The position numbers were made by a program, and so were the translations under genes. From the NCBI GenBank assembly GCA_964612595.1, contig CAZTFB010000001.1, positions 259,058-323,057 of the forward strand: a DNA stretch of 64,000 nt. Reading direction: 5' to 3'. The stretch comes from an uncultured Gammaproteobacteria bacterium (GTDB taxonomy: Bacteria; Patescibacteriota; Microgenomatia; UBA1406; HO2-37-13b). Positions 38,816 to 47,452 of the stretch are shown here, piece after piece; the first letter of the stretch is position 1, and the number at the start of each line of letters is the position of its first letter. Under the pieces are notes generated by a model. That model did not search any database, had not been told where the DNA came from, and saw only the letters and a program-made list of their open reading frames with translations.

Positions 38816-41800
38816 TTACGGTTGATTCCAAAATAGTTTATCTGCGAGTGATTGGGATGTCTTTGGTGTCGCTTTTCCTGGGTTACCGCTCATAATAATG
38901 GTGTCCCCACTGTTATTATATGCATCAAGTCCACCTGCATATACGAGGATAAGTGCGGCGGGGCCATTAGCATAAGCCGCATCAGCATCATCTATCATAT
39001 CTTGAACAATAATCGGGCATCCGAACGCAGCACAATTAAGCTTTGCTGTCACAAGCTGTTGTAAGAGTTGCATTCGCGCTTTGTCGATCGAAGTTCTATT
39101 TTTGTTTTGGGTTGTTTTTGGAATGCTTGAGTAATATGCTCCGTACAAGATGCTACTTCCTGGATTTGTAATATTAGTAATCAATCGTGAATGTATACCA
39201 CTCACACCAACTTGCATACCACCTCCAAAGTGCGAGCCAAAAACACTGTTAGTGTAGGCTGTGTGCGTCTGCCAGAAACCCTGAGTTCTCGTTGGACCAA
39301 GCTTTCTATTCGTAAATGTACAGATCACCGATGTACCAGGATGAAGATTTATGACAACGCCGTTATCTACGCTAGTAACTTGATATGGATTGTCCTCACC
39401 ATCAATACAACTAACTCCTTGCAATTGCCAAAACGCATTTGCCTGTGTTTCAAGAATAGTATATGCTTCGTTTGCTTGTAGATTCGTAAAGCTCGCTGAA
39501 TTCGACAGCACTCCTGCATCAACAATGCCCTGAACACCTTCATCATCATCGAGGGAGAATGAACCGATTCCACCGTTACCGGTAAAGTTAAAATCTTGCG
39601 CATCGTTTTCAATTGCATCCTTAATAATTGTTATTGATCCTCTTCTTGAATTAGTAAAGGTACAGGTGACAGTTTCACCAGGTTCGACTTCGAGACTATC
39701 AGGCGATTCTCCATTATCACAAACTCCTCCATCTGAGTCCCACCCCTGGACAGCAGTTTCAACAATCGAGTACATTCCCGCTGGTACCTCCTGGTCATTT
39801 GGGGCATCTTCATCTTTTATACTAAAGTCGGTGTAATTACTGCCTGAAACGTCAAAGAAGAAGCTTTGAGCTTCACCACTCGGGAGTGTAACCTTATCAA
39901 CAATGATGTGTCCTTTTCTTGTATTGGTAATAGTGCATGTTTTATTTTGTCCAAGTGTAAGCGTTACAGTTCCATCAACAGCACAATCACCTCCAATTTG
40001 TCGAGTGTAATGAGAAAGATCTGAACCAGCTACGGCGGTTTCAGATACAGTGTAGGTTCCAGCCACGAGAGCAATTGAACCCGTTGATCCTCCGTCTCCT
40101 ACATTTCCACCAGTTCCTTGAGTTACTCCATCAATCTGAAGATTGAACTTTCCTGTATCCGTCGAGGGAACAAGTTCTTTAATTACTGTTAATGTTGGTG
40201 CAATGTCATCATTTGTTATGGTACACGTTGCGGATTGTCCGAGTCCAAGAGTAATGTCGCTACCATTTTGGGTCCCACCTGTACAGACCCATGTACTTGG
40301 AGCATAACCTGCGACACCTCCTGTTTCAGAAAGACTGTATGTACCTGCATCAAATGAATTTCCGTTTGCTACCGAAGGACCTGCACCACTAAATCCGGTT
40401 GGTCCATCTGCATTGAGGTTCCATGCGGATGCTACCGCTGTTCCCCCATGGTTGTTAATTACTGTTTTTTGTAATGTGAGCGAAGGAGCTTGATCATCGT
40501 TTGTGATAGTACAAGTGGCCTCATCACCAATCCCTAGAGTGATCGAATTTCCAGGGACTCCCGAGTCATCATTCTTAACACACACATATTGTGATGCTGA
40601 ATATCCTTGTGGACCGTCTTCCTCTCCTAATGTATAAGTGCCTGCCATGAATTCACTATCGCTATCGACTGGCGATTGGCCACTAAGATCTGTTTCAGAT
40701 CCGTCGGCAGTGAGGGTCCAGTCGGTTTCTACTGCAGTACCGCCATTGTCGTTAATTACTTCTTTTCTTAAATGTAATACAGGAGCGATATCATCGTTGG
40801 TTATAGTGCATGTTGCAGATCCACCATTGGGGATATCAATATCTTCACAATTGTCATACGTTGTTTCATATCCATCAACTGCTGGTTCGACAACATCATA
40901 CATTCCGGCATCAACGATCATAGAATTACTTCCATCCGTTTCAAATGGAACTGCATCACCTTCGTTTATTTTGAAAGTAAAATCATCAACCTCTAGCTTC
41001 CCGCCATTATCGTTTACAACAACCTTCTCAACTATGAGTGTTGCTGGCTTATCATCATTTGTAATGATACATTCCTTTTCATCTCCAACTCCTAAGACTA
41101 CATTTCCATCTACATCACAGTCGCCGCTAATAACCGAGGTGTAACCAGAATCTTCTGTTTCGCTCACCACATAAGATCCAGCATCAAATCCGTTTTCATC
41201 TCCACTTGTTACACCTGTCGTATCGACAAAGAGCGGAAAGTCAGAAACATCCTTTGTACCACTATTATCGTTAACTACAATCTTGGTAACTATAAGTTTT
41301 GGCTGAATATCGTTATTCGTCACTGTACAAACTGCAGTATCATCTGGCTCCAATGTAATTGAATTACTCACCACCGGAGCACCACTGTTCTTTACGCAAC
41401 TATATGTGCCACCTGTATAACCAGAAGGTCCACCAGACTCTGAAAGTGTATATTCACCTGCATCTACAGCGGCATTTGTTACTGCACCACTTCCAGATAC
41501 TCCAGAAATTGGGGTTGCACCTTGTGCACTGAGCGTCCATGCTGAAGGTAGTGCTGTTCCACCGTCATCATTTGTGACTTCTTTAATCAAGGTTAGATGT
41601 GCTTGCTGAAGCGTATTGGTAAAAGTACAAGTAAATACATCACCTTCTTCAACATCAAGTGTTGCTGTGCGGGACAAAATATCAGTTGACTGACTACCAG
41701 TACCTTGTACTGAACAGGTGAGGTTTGTAAGAGTCCAACCAGGAGTAATTTCCTCGGTGATGGTCATTTCACCGAATGTAGCTATATCAGAAAATATTTT

Positions 41801-42808
41801 TGTATTTGATAATGTACCATCATTGTCATCATCAAGGCTAAATGAGCCAAAGCCATCCGTAGTGTTAAATGCAAAGTCTTGAGAATGATTAGGCACCGCG
41901 TCTTTTACAATTGTGATTGAAGCAGGAAATATTATTGCCTCTGCAGAGAGTGATCTGTCTTGGTTCCCACCCTTTCCATCAATATCAAGCAATCGCATAT
42001 GGTAAGGAGATCCAGTAATTGAAATCGCGGAGTTGGTTAATCCCCAATCATCGCGAGTTGCAATATGGCCACTCCACGCAAGTACAGGATTATCTACTGT
42101 TGACGTGAATTCAATAACGATACTTGTAGAACTATCACCTGCATAGGAACCTGAGATTGTATATCCTGAAACTGCTGTTATATTTCCACCAAACAAAGTC
42201 AGTTCACCTGGAATTTGAACAATATCATCTCCATTACCTGCGGTTTCATCTTGTCCTGCTAAAACTTTAGCGTCAAGAGGTATAGGTGCAGTATCAAAAG
42301 TACCACCACACCCCGTCACTCCAGAACAGGGATCTGCATCAGTTTCGGTCTCTTTATATGTGCCAATATAATCAACAGCGTGTTTCCCATTTTTTGTCGT
42401 GTCCCATTCAATAGTAATAGTGTGAGGATCACCAATCGAAACATCATCCATTTTAATTCTGTATGGCACAAAATCACCTTCAAGATAGTGGGCTTTACTC
42501 TCTCCTAAATTTCCATTAACCCAGTTGGCTCCGGTGCAGATTTCTGGCGTCTTACCAACGCCTCCATTTGCACACTGATCAATATCGGCTGATGCTTGGT
42601 GCTGTTGTGATTGTGGTACTTGAATTGAAACTGATTGAGTTTTTTCAAGGATTTCAGGTGTAGGAGATGTTGATTCTTGTGCTCGGACTAAACTTCCAAA
42701 TGAGGAGAAAATAAGTACAAATACTGCAATATAGGACACAAACATCTTGTTGAAATTAATTATCATGCTCATTGGAATATTCTTATAGTAGTTAAACAAA
42801 CTACACAT
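38816..42808 (-). CDS. Giant secreted surface protein (1330 aa): signal peptide, unique N-terminal domain, nine tandem Cys-pair beta-sandwich (prealbumin/SpaA/SdrD-B-like) repeats, unique 160-aa C-terminal domain
   Basis: The signal peptide is FVSYIAVFVLIFSSFGSLVRAQE. Nine repeats each end in C-[TI]-x-T-N (for example ATCTITNDD). The tail begins GPTRTQGFWQTH. The start could be 42808, 42772 or 42745. Confidence 0.8.
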   Translation of the reverse strand: MCSLFNYYKNIPMSMIINFNKMFVSYIAVFVLIFSSFGSLVRAQESTSPTPEILEKTQSVSIQVPQSQQHQASADIDQCANGGVGKTPEICTGANWVNGNLGESKAHYLEGDFVPYRIKMDDVSIGDPHTITIEWDTTKNGKHAVDYIGTYKETETDADPCSGVTGCGGTFDTAPIPLDAKVLAGQDETAGNGDDIVQIPGELTLFGGNITAVSGYTISGSYAGDSSTSIVIEFTSTVDNPVLAWSGHIATRDDWGLTNSAISITGSPYHMRLLDIDGKGGNQDRSLSAEAIIFPASITIVKDAVPNHSQDFAFNTTDGFGSFSLDDDNDGTLSNTKIFSDIATFGEMTITEEITPGWTLTNLTCSVQGTGSQSTDILSRTATLDVEEGDVFTCTFTNTLQQAHLTLIKEVTNDDGGTALPSAWTLSAQGATPISGVSGSGAVTNAAVDAGEYTLSESGGPSGYTGGTYSCVKNSGAPVVSNSITLEPDDTAVCTVTNNDIQPKLIVTKIVVNDNSGTKDVSDFPLFVDTTGVTSGDENGFDAGSYVVSETEDSGYTSVISGDCDVDGNVVLGVGDEKECIITNDDKPATLIVEKVVVNDNGGKLEVDDFTFKINEGDAVPFETDGSNSMIVDAGMYDVVEPAVDGYETTYDNCEDIDIPNGGSATCTITNDDIAPVLHLRKEVINDNGGTAVETDWTLTADGSETDLSGQSPVDSDSEFMAGTYTLGEEDGPQGYSASQYVCVKNDDSGVPGNSITLGIGDEATCTITNDDQAPSLTLQKTVINNHGGTAVASAWNLNADGPTGFSGAGPSVANGNSFDAGTYSLSETGGVAGYAPSTWVCTGGTQNGSDITLGLGQSATCTITNDDIAPTLTVIKELVPSTDTGKFNLQIDGVTQGTGGNVGDGGSTGSIALVAGTYTVSETAVAGSDLSHYTRQIGGDCAVDGTVTLTLGQNKTCTITNTRKGHIIVDKVTLPSGEAQSFFFDVSGSNYTDFSIKDEDAPNDQEVPAGMYSIVETAVQGWDSDGGVCDNGESPDSLEVEPGETVTCTFTNSRRGSITIIKDAIENDAQDFNFTGNGGIGSFSLDDDEGVQGIVDAGVLSNSASFTNLQANEAYTILETQANAFWQLQGVSCIDGEDNPYQVTSVDNGVVINLHPGTSVICTFTNRKLGPTRTQGFWQTHTAYTNSVFGSHFGGGMQVGVSGIHSRLITNITNPGSSILYGAYYSSIPKTTQNKNRTSIDKARMQLLQQLVTAKLNCAAFGCPIIVQDMIDDADAAYANGPAALILVYAGGLDAYNNSGDTIIMSGNPGKATPKTSQSLADKLFWNQP

Positions 42809-42817
42809 TTCAAGAGG

Positions 42818-42823
42818 ATTATA
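42818..42823 (-). promoter_or_regulatory. -10 box of the giant surface protein gene
   Basis: The minus strand reads TATAAT, followed by 9 nt and then ATG at 42808. It lies immediately downstream of the secA stop. Confidence 0.4.
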
Positions 42824-42827
42824 GTGA

Positions 42828-45578
42828 TTAAACCAAAGAAGCGTTTTCTTGATGTTCAGGCGAGTTAATTAGACCACACTTCTTATATTTTTTCCCAGAT
42901 CCACACCAGCATGGGTCATTGCGACCAGGTGTTTTTTGTTGTTTTGGAGCTTGTTGATGTGGAGTTGATTGTTTTTTTGGTGCCATAGGGCCTTCAGCGG
43001 ATGCTGCATGTAGATGGATTTTCGGTGTTTTTTGCTCAGCTTCTTTAATATCTTTTGTCGTTTCTTCTGTATTTACTTGCACCTGAAACAGACGACGCAC
43101 CACATCATAATATACGTCGCTCAATAATTTCTCAAACATGCCAAACGCTTCATTCTTATATTCTGTCAATGGATCAAGTTGTGCATACCCTCGAAGATTT
43201 ATGCCTTGACGAAGATCGTCGATGGCAGTAAGGTGATCAGTCCAGAAATGATCAATAGTATCAAGAAAGAGATAGCGTTTTACATCTGTCCACAATTCAT
43301 AACCAACTTCTTTCTCTCTTTTTTTGAGAAGTGTTGAGAATTCATTCAAAATAATGTCACGAATTGCTTCCTCACCGATCGCTCCAGCTAGTTTTTCATT
43401 AAGCTGCTTCGATGTTGCTGGCAACAGGTTGTCTAACTCTGAAACTAATCCAGACATATCGGGCTCTTCGGTAAGTAGTACAAATGTATTTATAAGGCTC
43501 GTTACTTGGTTATCTATTGCAATCGTTACCTCTTCATTTAGTTTTTCATCATTTTCTGCTGTCGATTCTAAAATATGGCGACGCATACCATACAGAATTT
43601 CACGTTGTTTATTGAGCACATCATCATACTCCACAAGATTTTTACGCATATCAAAGTTAAATCCCTCAACTTTTGCTTGAGCTTGTTCCAGCGCCTTTGA
43701 TACCATGCCGTGCTCTAGAGGCTGATCCTCAGGTAGATTAAAGAACGTCATAACCTTACTAACCTGTTCTCCTCCGAAAATGCGCATAAGATCATCTTCG
43801 AGAGATACAAAGAAGCGTGTTTCACCAGGGTCGCCTTGGCGACCCGAACGACCGCGTAACTGATTGTCGATACGACGCGATTCATGGCGGTCGGTACTCA
43901 ATACATGCAAGCCGCCCAATGCCACGACTTCGTCGTGGCGCGTTTGCCATGCTGCCTGAAGCTTATTAAACTCCTCTTCCATCTGCTTTGGTGTTTTATC
44001 TGGATCAACGCGGAATCGGCTTGGCGGCTCACCACCCAACACAATATCCACACCGCGTCCCGCCATATTGGTAGCAACAGTAACCGCGCCTTTTGTACCA
44101 GCCTGAGCAATGATTTGCGCTTCTTTTTCATGATTCTTGGCATTGAGTAGCTGATGAGGAATATGTTTCTTTTTGAGTAGTTGCGACAATATCTCATTTT
44201 TTTCGATGGAAGCGGTACCAACAAGTACTGGCGCACCGATGCTGTGTAAACGTGCTATTTCTTCAACCACCGCGGAGAACTTCCCTTTTTCTGTTTTATA
44301 TATGAAATCTGGATGATCAATACGGCGAATAGATTGGTGTGTTGGAATAACAAGGGTATCGAGTTTGTATATTTTACTGAACTCTTCTGCCTCAGTCTGT
44401 GCGGTTCCCGTCATTCCGGCAAGTTTTTCATACATACGGAAATAGTTTTGCAGAGATACTGTTGCAAGCGTACGCGATTCTTGTTTAATCTCAACCTTTT
44501 CCTTTGCCTCGATTGCTTGATGAAGACCTTCAGAAAAACGTCTTCCTTCCAAAAGTCGTCCGGTAAATTCATCTACAATAACCACTTGTCCGTCTTTTAC
44601 AATGTAATCTTTGTCTTTTTTAAATAGAGTACGCGCCTTCAGAGCAGCTTCAACGTGATAGAGCGTCTCGTAATCTTTTTCATAAATATTCTCCACGCCA
44701 ATCAATTTTTCAAGCTTTGAGATCCCTTCTTCCGTCATGTGAGACGTGCGGAGTTTCTCATCAATAAGGTAGTCAGATTCGTCTAGCTTATCAACAATGC
44801 GAGCATAGTCATAATATCTCGAGACATCTTGTTCGTATGCAGAAGAAATAATGTGGGGTGTTCGAGCTTCATCGATAAGCACAGAGTCTACTTCATCGAT
44901 AATCGCATAATGAAAGTCTCTTTGTACGAGCTGTTCGAAGGATTTAGCCATATTATCCCGGAGATAGTCAAAACCGAACTCAGAATTAATACCGTATGTC
45001 ACATCTGCAAGATACCCTTCTTTTCTTGAAACTGGTTTTAGACGCAGTAAGCGCCAGTCTGATACATTTGCATCCTGATACTCAGGATCATACATATAGG
45101 TTTTATCGGAAATTGTTGAGGAAACGGTGAGACCAAGAAGATGATATACAGGACCCATCCATCCAGCATCACGACGAGCTAAATAGTCATTTACCGTTAC
45201 AAGATGCGCGCCTCGCCCTGTGAGGGCATTTAAATATAGAGGCGCCACAGCAGAAAGTGTCTTTCCTTCTCCTGTTTTTTGTTCAGCAACCTTTCCTTCA
45301 TGAAGAGCAATACCCGCAATGAGCTGTTCGTCAAACTGACGCAGTCCCAACATCCTCCGAGAAGCTTCTCGAGCTAATGCATATGCCCACGGCAAAATCT
45401 CATTTAGATCTTTTCCATCAGCTATTTCTTTTTTCAACCTGTCTGATTCTTTGACAAAATCGCCATCTTTGAGCTTACGAACATCATCTTCGAGCTTGTT
45501 AATCTTTGCCACAATTGTTCGAATACGAACAATTTCCTTCTCATTAAAATCGAATAATTTTTTTACAAATCCAAGCAT
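42828..45578 (-). CDS. secA: Preprotein translocase ATPase SecA
   Basis: 916 aa with DEAD-like motor motifs and a C-terminal zinc motif CWCGSGKKYKKCG. Confidence 0.95.
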   Translation of the reverse strand: MLGFVKKLFDFNEKEIVRIRTIVAKINKLEDDVRKLKDGDFVKESDRLKKEIADGKDLNEILPWAYALAREASRRMLGLRQFDEQLIAGIALHEGKVAEQKTGEGKTLSAVAPLYLNALTGRGAHLVTVNDYLARRDAGWMGPVYHLLGLTVSSTISDKTYMYDPEYQDANVSDWRLLRLKPVSRKEGYLADVTYGINSEFGFDYLRDNMAKSFEQLVQRDFHYAIIDEVDSVLIDEARTPHIISSAYEQDVSRYYDYARIVDKLDESDYLIDEKLRTSHMTEEGISKLEKLIGVENIYEKDYETLYHVEAALKARTLFKKDKDYIVKDGQVVIVDEFTGRLLEGRRFSEGLHQAIEAKEKVEIKQESRTLATVSLQNYFRMYEKLAGMTGTAQTEAEEFSKIYKLDTLVIPTHQSIRRIDHPDFIYKTEKGKFSAVVEEIARLHSIGAPVLVGTASIEKNEILSQLLKKKHIPHQLLNAKNHEKEAQIIAQAGTKGAVTVATNMAGRGVDIVLGGEPPSRFRVDPDKTPKQMEEEFNKLQAAWQTRHDEVVALGGLHVLSTDRHESRRIDNQLRGRSGRQGDPGETRFFVSLEDDLMRIFGGEQVSKVMTFFNLPEDQPLEHGMVSKALEQAQAKVEGFNFDMRKNLVEYDDVLNKQREILYGMRRHILESTAENDEKLNEEVTIAIDNQVTSLINTFVLLTEEPDMSGLVSELDNLLPATSKQLNEKLAGAIGEEAIRDIILNEFSTLLKKREKEVGYELWTDVKRYLFLDTIDHFWTDHLTAIDDLRQGINLRGYAQLDPLTEYKNEAFGMFEKLLSDVYYDVVRRLFQVQVNTEETTKDIKEAEQKTPKIHLHAASAEGPMAPKKQSTPHQQAPKQQKTPGRNDPCWCGSGKKYKKCGLINSPEHQENASLV

Positions 45579-45579
45579 A

Positions 45580-46833
45580 TTAGTGAGGCTTTATTGTATC
45601 AAATCCAACGAGCGGCTGAAGGACTTTCGGCACTTTAATACTTCCATCTTTCTGTTGATAGTGTTCAAGAATTGCGATGAGAGGTCTTGTTGATGCTATG
45701 GCCGTATCATTTAATGTGTAACAATAAGCTGTTTCTCCATCGGACTTTTTATAACGGATTTTTAATCGTCGAGCCTGAAAATCACCCATAATTGAGTTTG
45801 AGGCCACTTCACGATATGACTGCTCAGACGGGATCCATACCTCAGTATCAAACTTGAGCATTTGCGGCTCCCCCATATCACCTGTACACATAAGCAATAC
45901 ATGATAAGGCAACTCTAAGTCTTGGAAAATTTCCTCGGTATTTTCTTGGAGTTCTTGATGAAGTTTTCTTGCCTCATCAATATCGTTCCTTCCAATTATT
46001 ACCTGCTCAATTTTCCAGAATTCATGTACACGTAAAATACCCTTTGTATCCTTACCATACGCACCCGCCTCCCTACGATAGCAAGGAGATAACGCGACGA
46101 ACCGCTTTGGTAAATCTTTATCTTGTAAGACTTCGTCGCTGTAAAAAGCAGTTACTGGTATTTCAGCAGTACCCGCTAAGTAGGCATCTTCTTGACTCAA
46201 CTGATACACATCTTCAGCCCTTCCCCATGGAAAGTGAGCAGAACCAAAAAGAGTAAATTCTTTCACAATAGCTGGAGGAATGATGGGTGTATAGCCTTTA
46301 CCTACAAGCTTCATAAAAACATAATGCATGAGGGCCATTTGCAAGAGAGCAAGCTCATTCAATAAAAAATAACCTCGAAAACCTGAAATCTTGGATCCTC
46401 GATCCATATCTATGAGATGCAGACTTTCTGCCAACTCAGTGTGTGATTTTGGCGTAAAGTCAAACTGAGGAATAGTTCCCCATGTTCTAATTTCCTTATT
46501 GCCACTCTCATCTTTTCCTACTGGCACTTCTTCGAGTACCACATTAGGTACAAATAACATAAGCGTAGAAAACTCTTTTTCAATAGGACCAAGCAGCTCT
46601 TCCACTTTTTTTAACTCTTCCTTAATCTGTTTCCCTTCTTCTCTCGCAGATTCATTACTTCCTTGCTTTGCAAGCTCGTTTCTTTTTTGTCGAAGCTCCT
46701 GTACCTTACTCATCAGCGCTCTTCGCTTTTCATCAAGTTCAAGCAATCGCTCAATATCAAAGGGGCGATTTTTATCAATCGACGTCTGTTTAACACGCTC
46801 CTTGTTTTCCCGAATAAAATCAATCGATAGCAT
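45580..46833 (-). CDS. serS: Serine--tRNA ligase
   Basis: 417 aa with an N-terminal coiled-coil arm and class II motifs (FRREAG-like CYRREAG, TLNDTAIA). Confidence 0.95.
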   Translation of the reverse strand: MLSIDFIRENKERVKQTSIDKNRPFDIERLLELDEKRRALMSKVQELRQKRNELAKQGSNESAREEGKQIKEELKKVEELLGPIEKEFSTLMLFVPNVVLEEVPVGKDESGNKEIRTWGTIPQFDFTPKSHTELAESLHLIDMDRGSKISGFRGYFLLNELALLQMALMHYVFMKLVGKGYTPIIPPAIVKEFTLFGSAHFPWGRAEDVYQLSQEDAYLAGTAEIPVTAFYSDEVLQDKDLPKRFVALSPCYRREAGAYGKDTKGILRVHEFWKIEQVIIGRNDIDEARKLHQELQENTEEIFQDLELPYHVLLMCTGDMGEPQMLKFDTEVWIPSEQSYREVASNSIMGDFQARRLKIRYKKSDGETAYCYTLNDTAIASTRPLIAILEHYQQKDGSIKVPKVLQPLVGFDTIKPH

Positions 46834-47440
46834 TTTTTATTTTTTTTACTAATTTTTTAACAGCCTTATCTCTATGATTATACAACTCATGTTCTTCAGG
46901 TGTTAGCTCATCGTAATATTTTCCATTTTTATGAACAAACAATGCACGCATGGGGAAACCGTTTGTTGTATAGTTTTTGAGTGATTTCTCGGCAATATAT
47001 CCTTCTGTTTCGCCACATTCTTGAAAAAAATGAATCCCATCAAAGTATGAGACACATGTTGCAAAAACTGTTTTCCTCGCTTCCTCACCCTTTAAATGCA
47101 TCATTCTTTCTAATACATATTCGATAATTTCCTGGTCACTTGCATTGTCTCTACCAATCCAACGCCGTGTATAGACACCCGGTTCGTTGTTAAGTTGTTC
47201 AATCATTATCCCGCCATCATCACCAATGGTCGGCAATTGCGCTAAGTTATAGAAATATTCGGCTTTTATACGCGAATTTTCTTCGAAAGTTTTTCCAGTT
47301 TCATCAATATCTTCCGAAATATTGAGATCTTTCGGAAGAATAAATTCGAAGGGAACTTGCTGCATTTTTGCTTGAACAGAAAATGATCTCTCAATGTCTT
47401 TTTGTTTAGCTGGATTATGTGTACCGATCAAAAGTTTCAT
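46820..47440 (-). CDS. rdgB: Non-canonical purine NTP pyrophosphatase (RdgB/HAM1 family)
   Basis: 206 aa with KLLIGTHNPAKQKDI and ETGKTFEENS. Confidence 0.8.
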   Translation of the reverse strand: MKLLIGTHNPAKQKDIERSFSVQAKMQQVPFEFILPKDLNISEDIDETGKTFEENSRIKAEYFYNLAQLPTIGDDGGIMIEQLNNEPGVYTRRWIGRDNASDQEIIEYVLERMMHLKGEEARKTVFATCVSYFDGIHFFQECGETEGYIAEKSLKNYTTNGFPMRALFVHKNGKYYDELTPEEHELYNHRDKAVKKLVKKIKNAID

Positions 47441-47452
47441 AAGAAAAGCTTA

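Noticed and set aside
39299-41923. Possible tandem DNA repeat or CRISPR-like periodicity inside the giant gene.
   Set aside because: The periodicity is at the protein-domain level, with units of about 85-100 aa that are strongly diverged at the nucleotide level. There are no short identical direct repeats with unique spacers, and I found no CRISPR array anywhere in the window.
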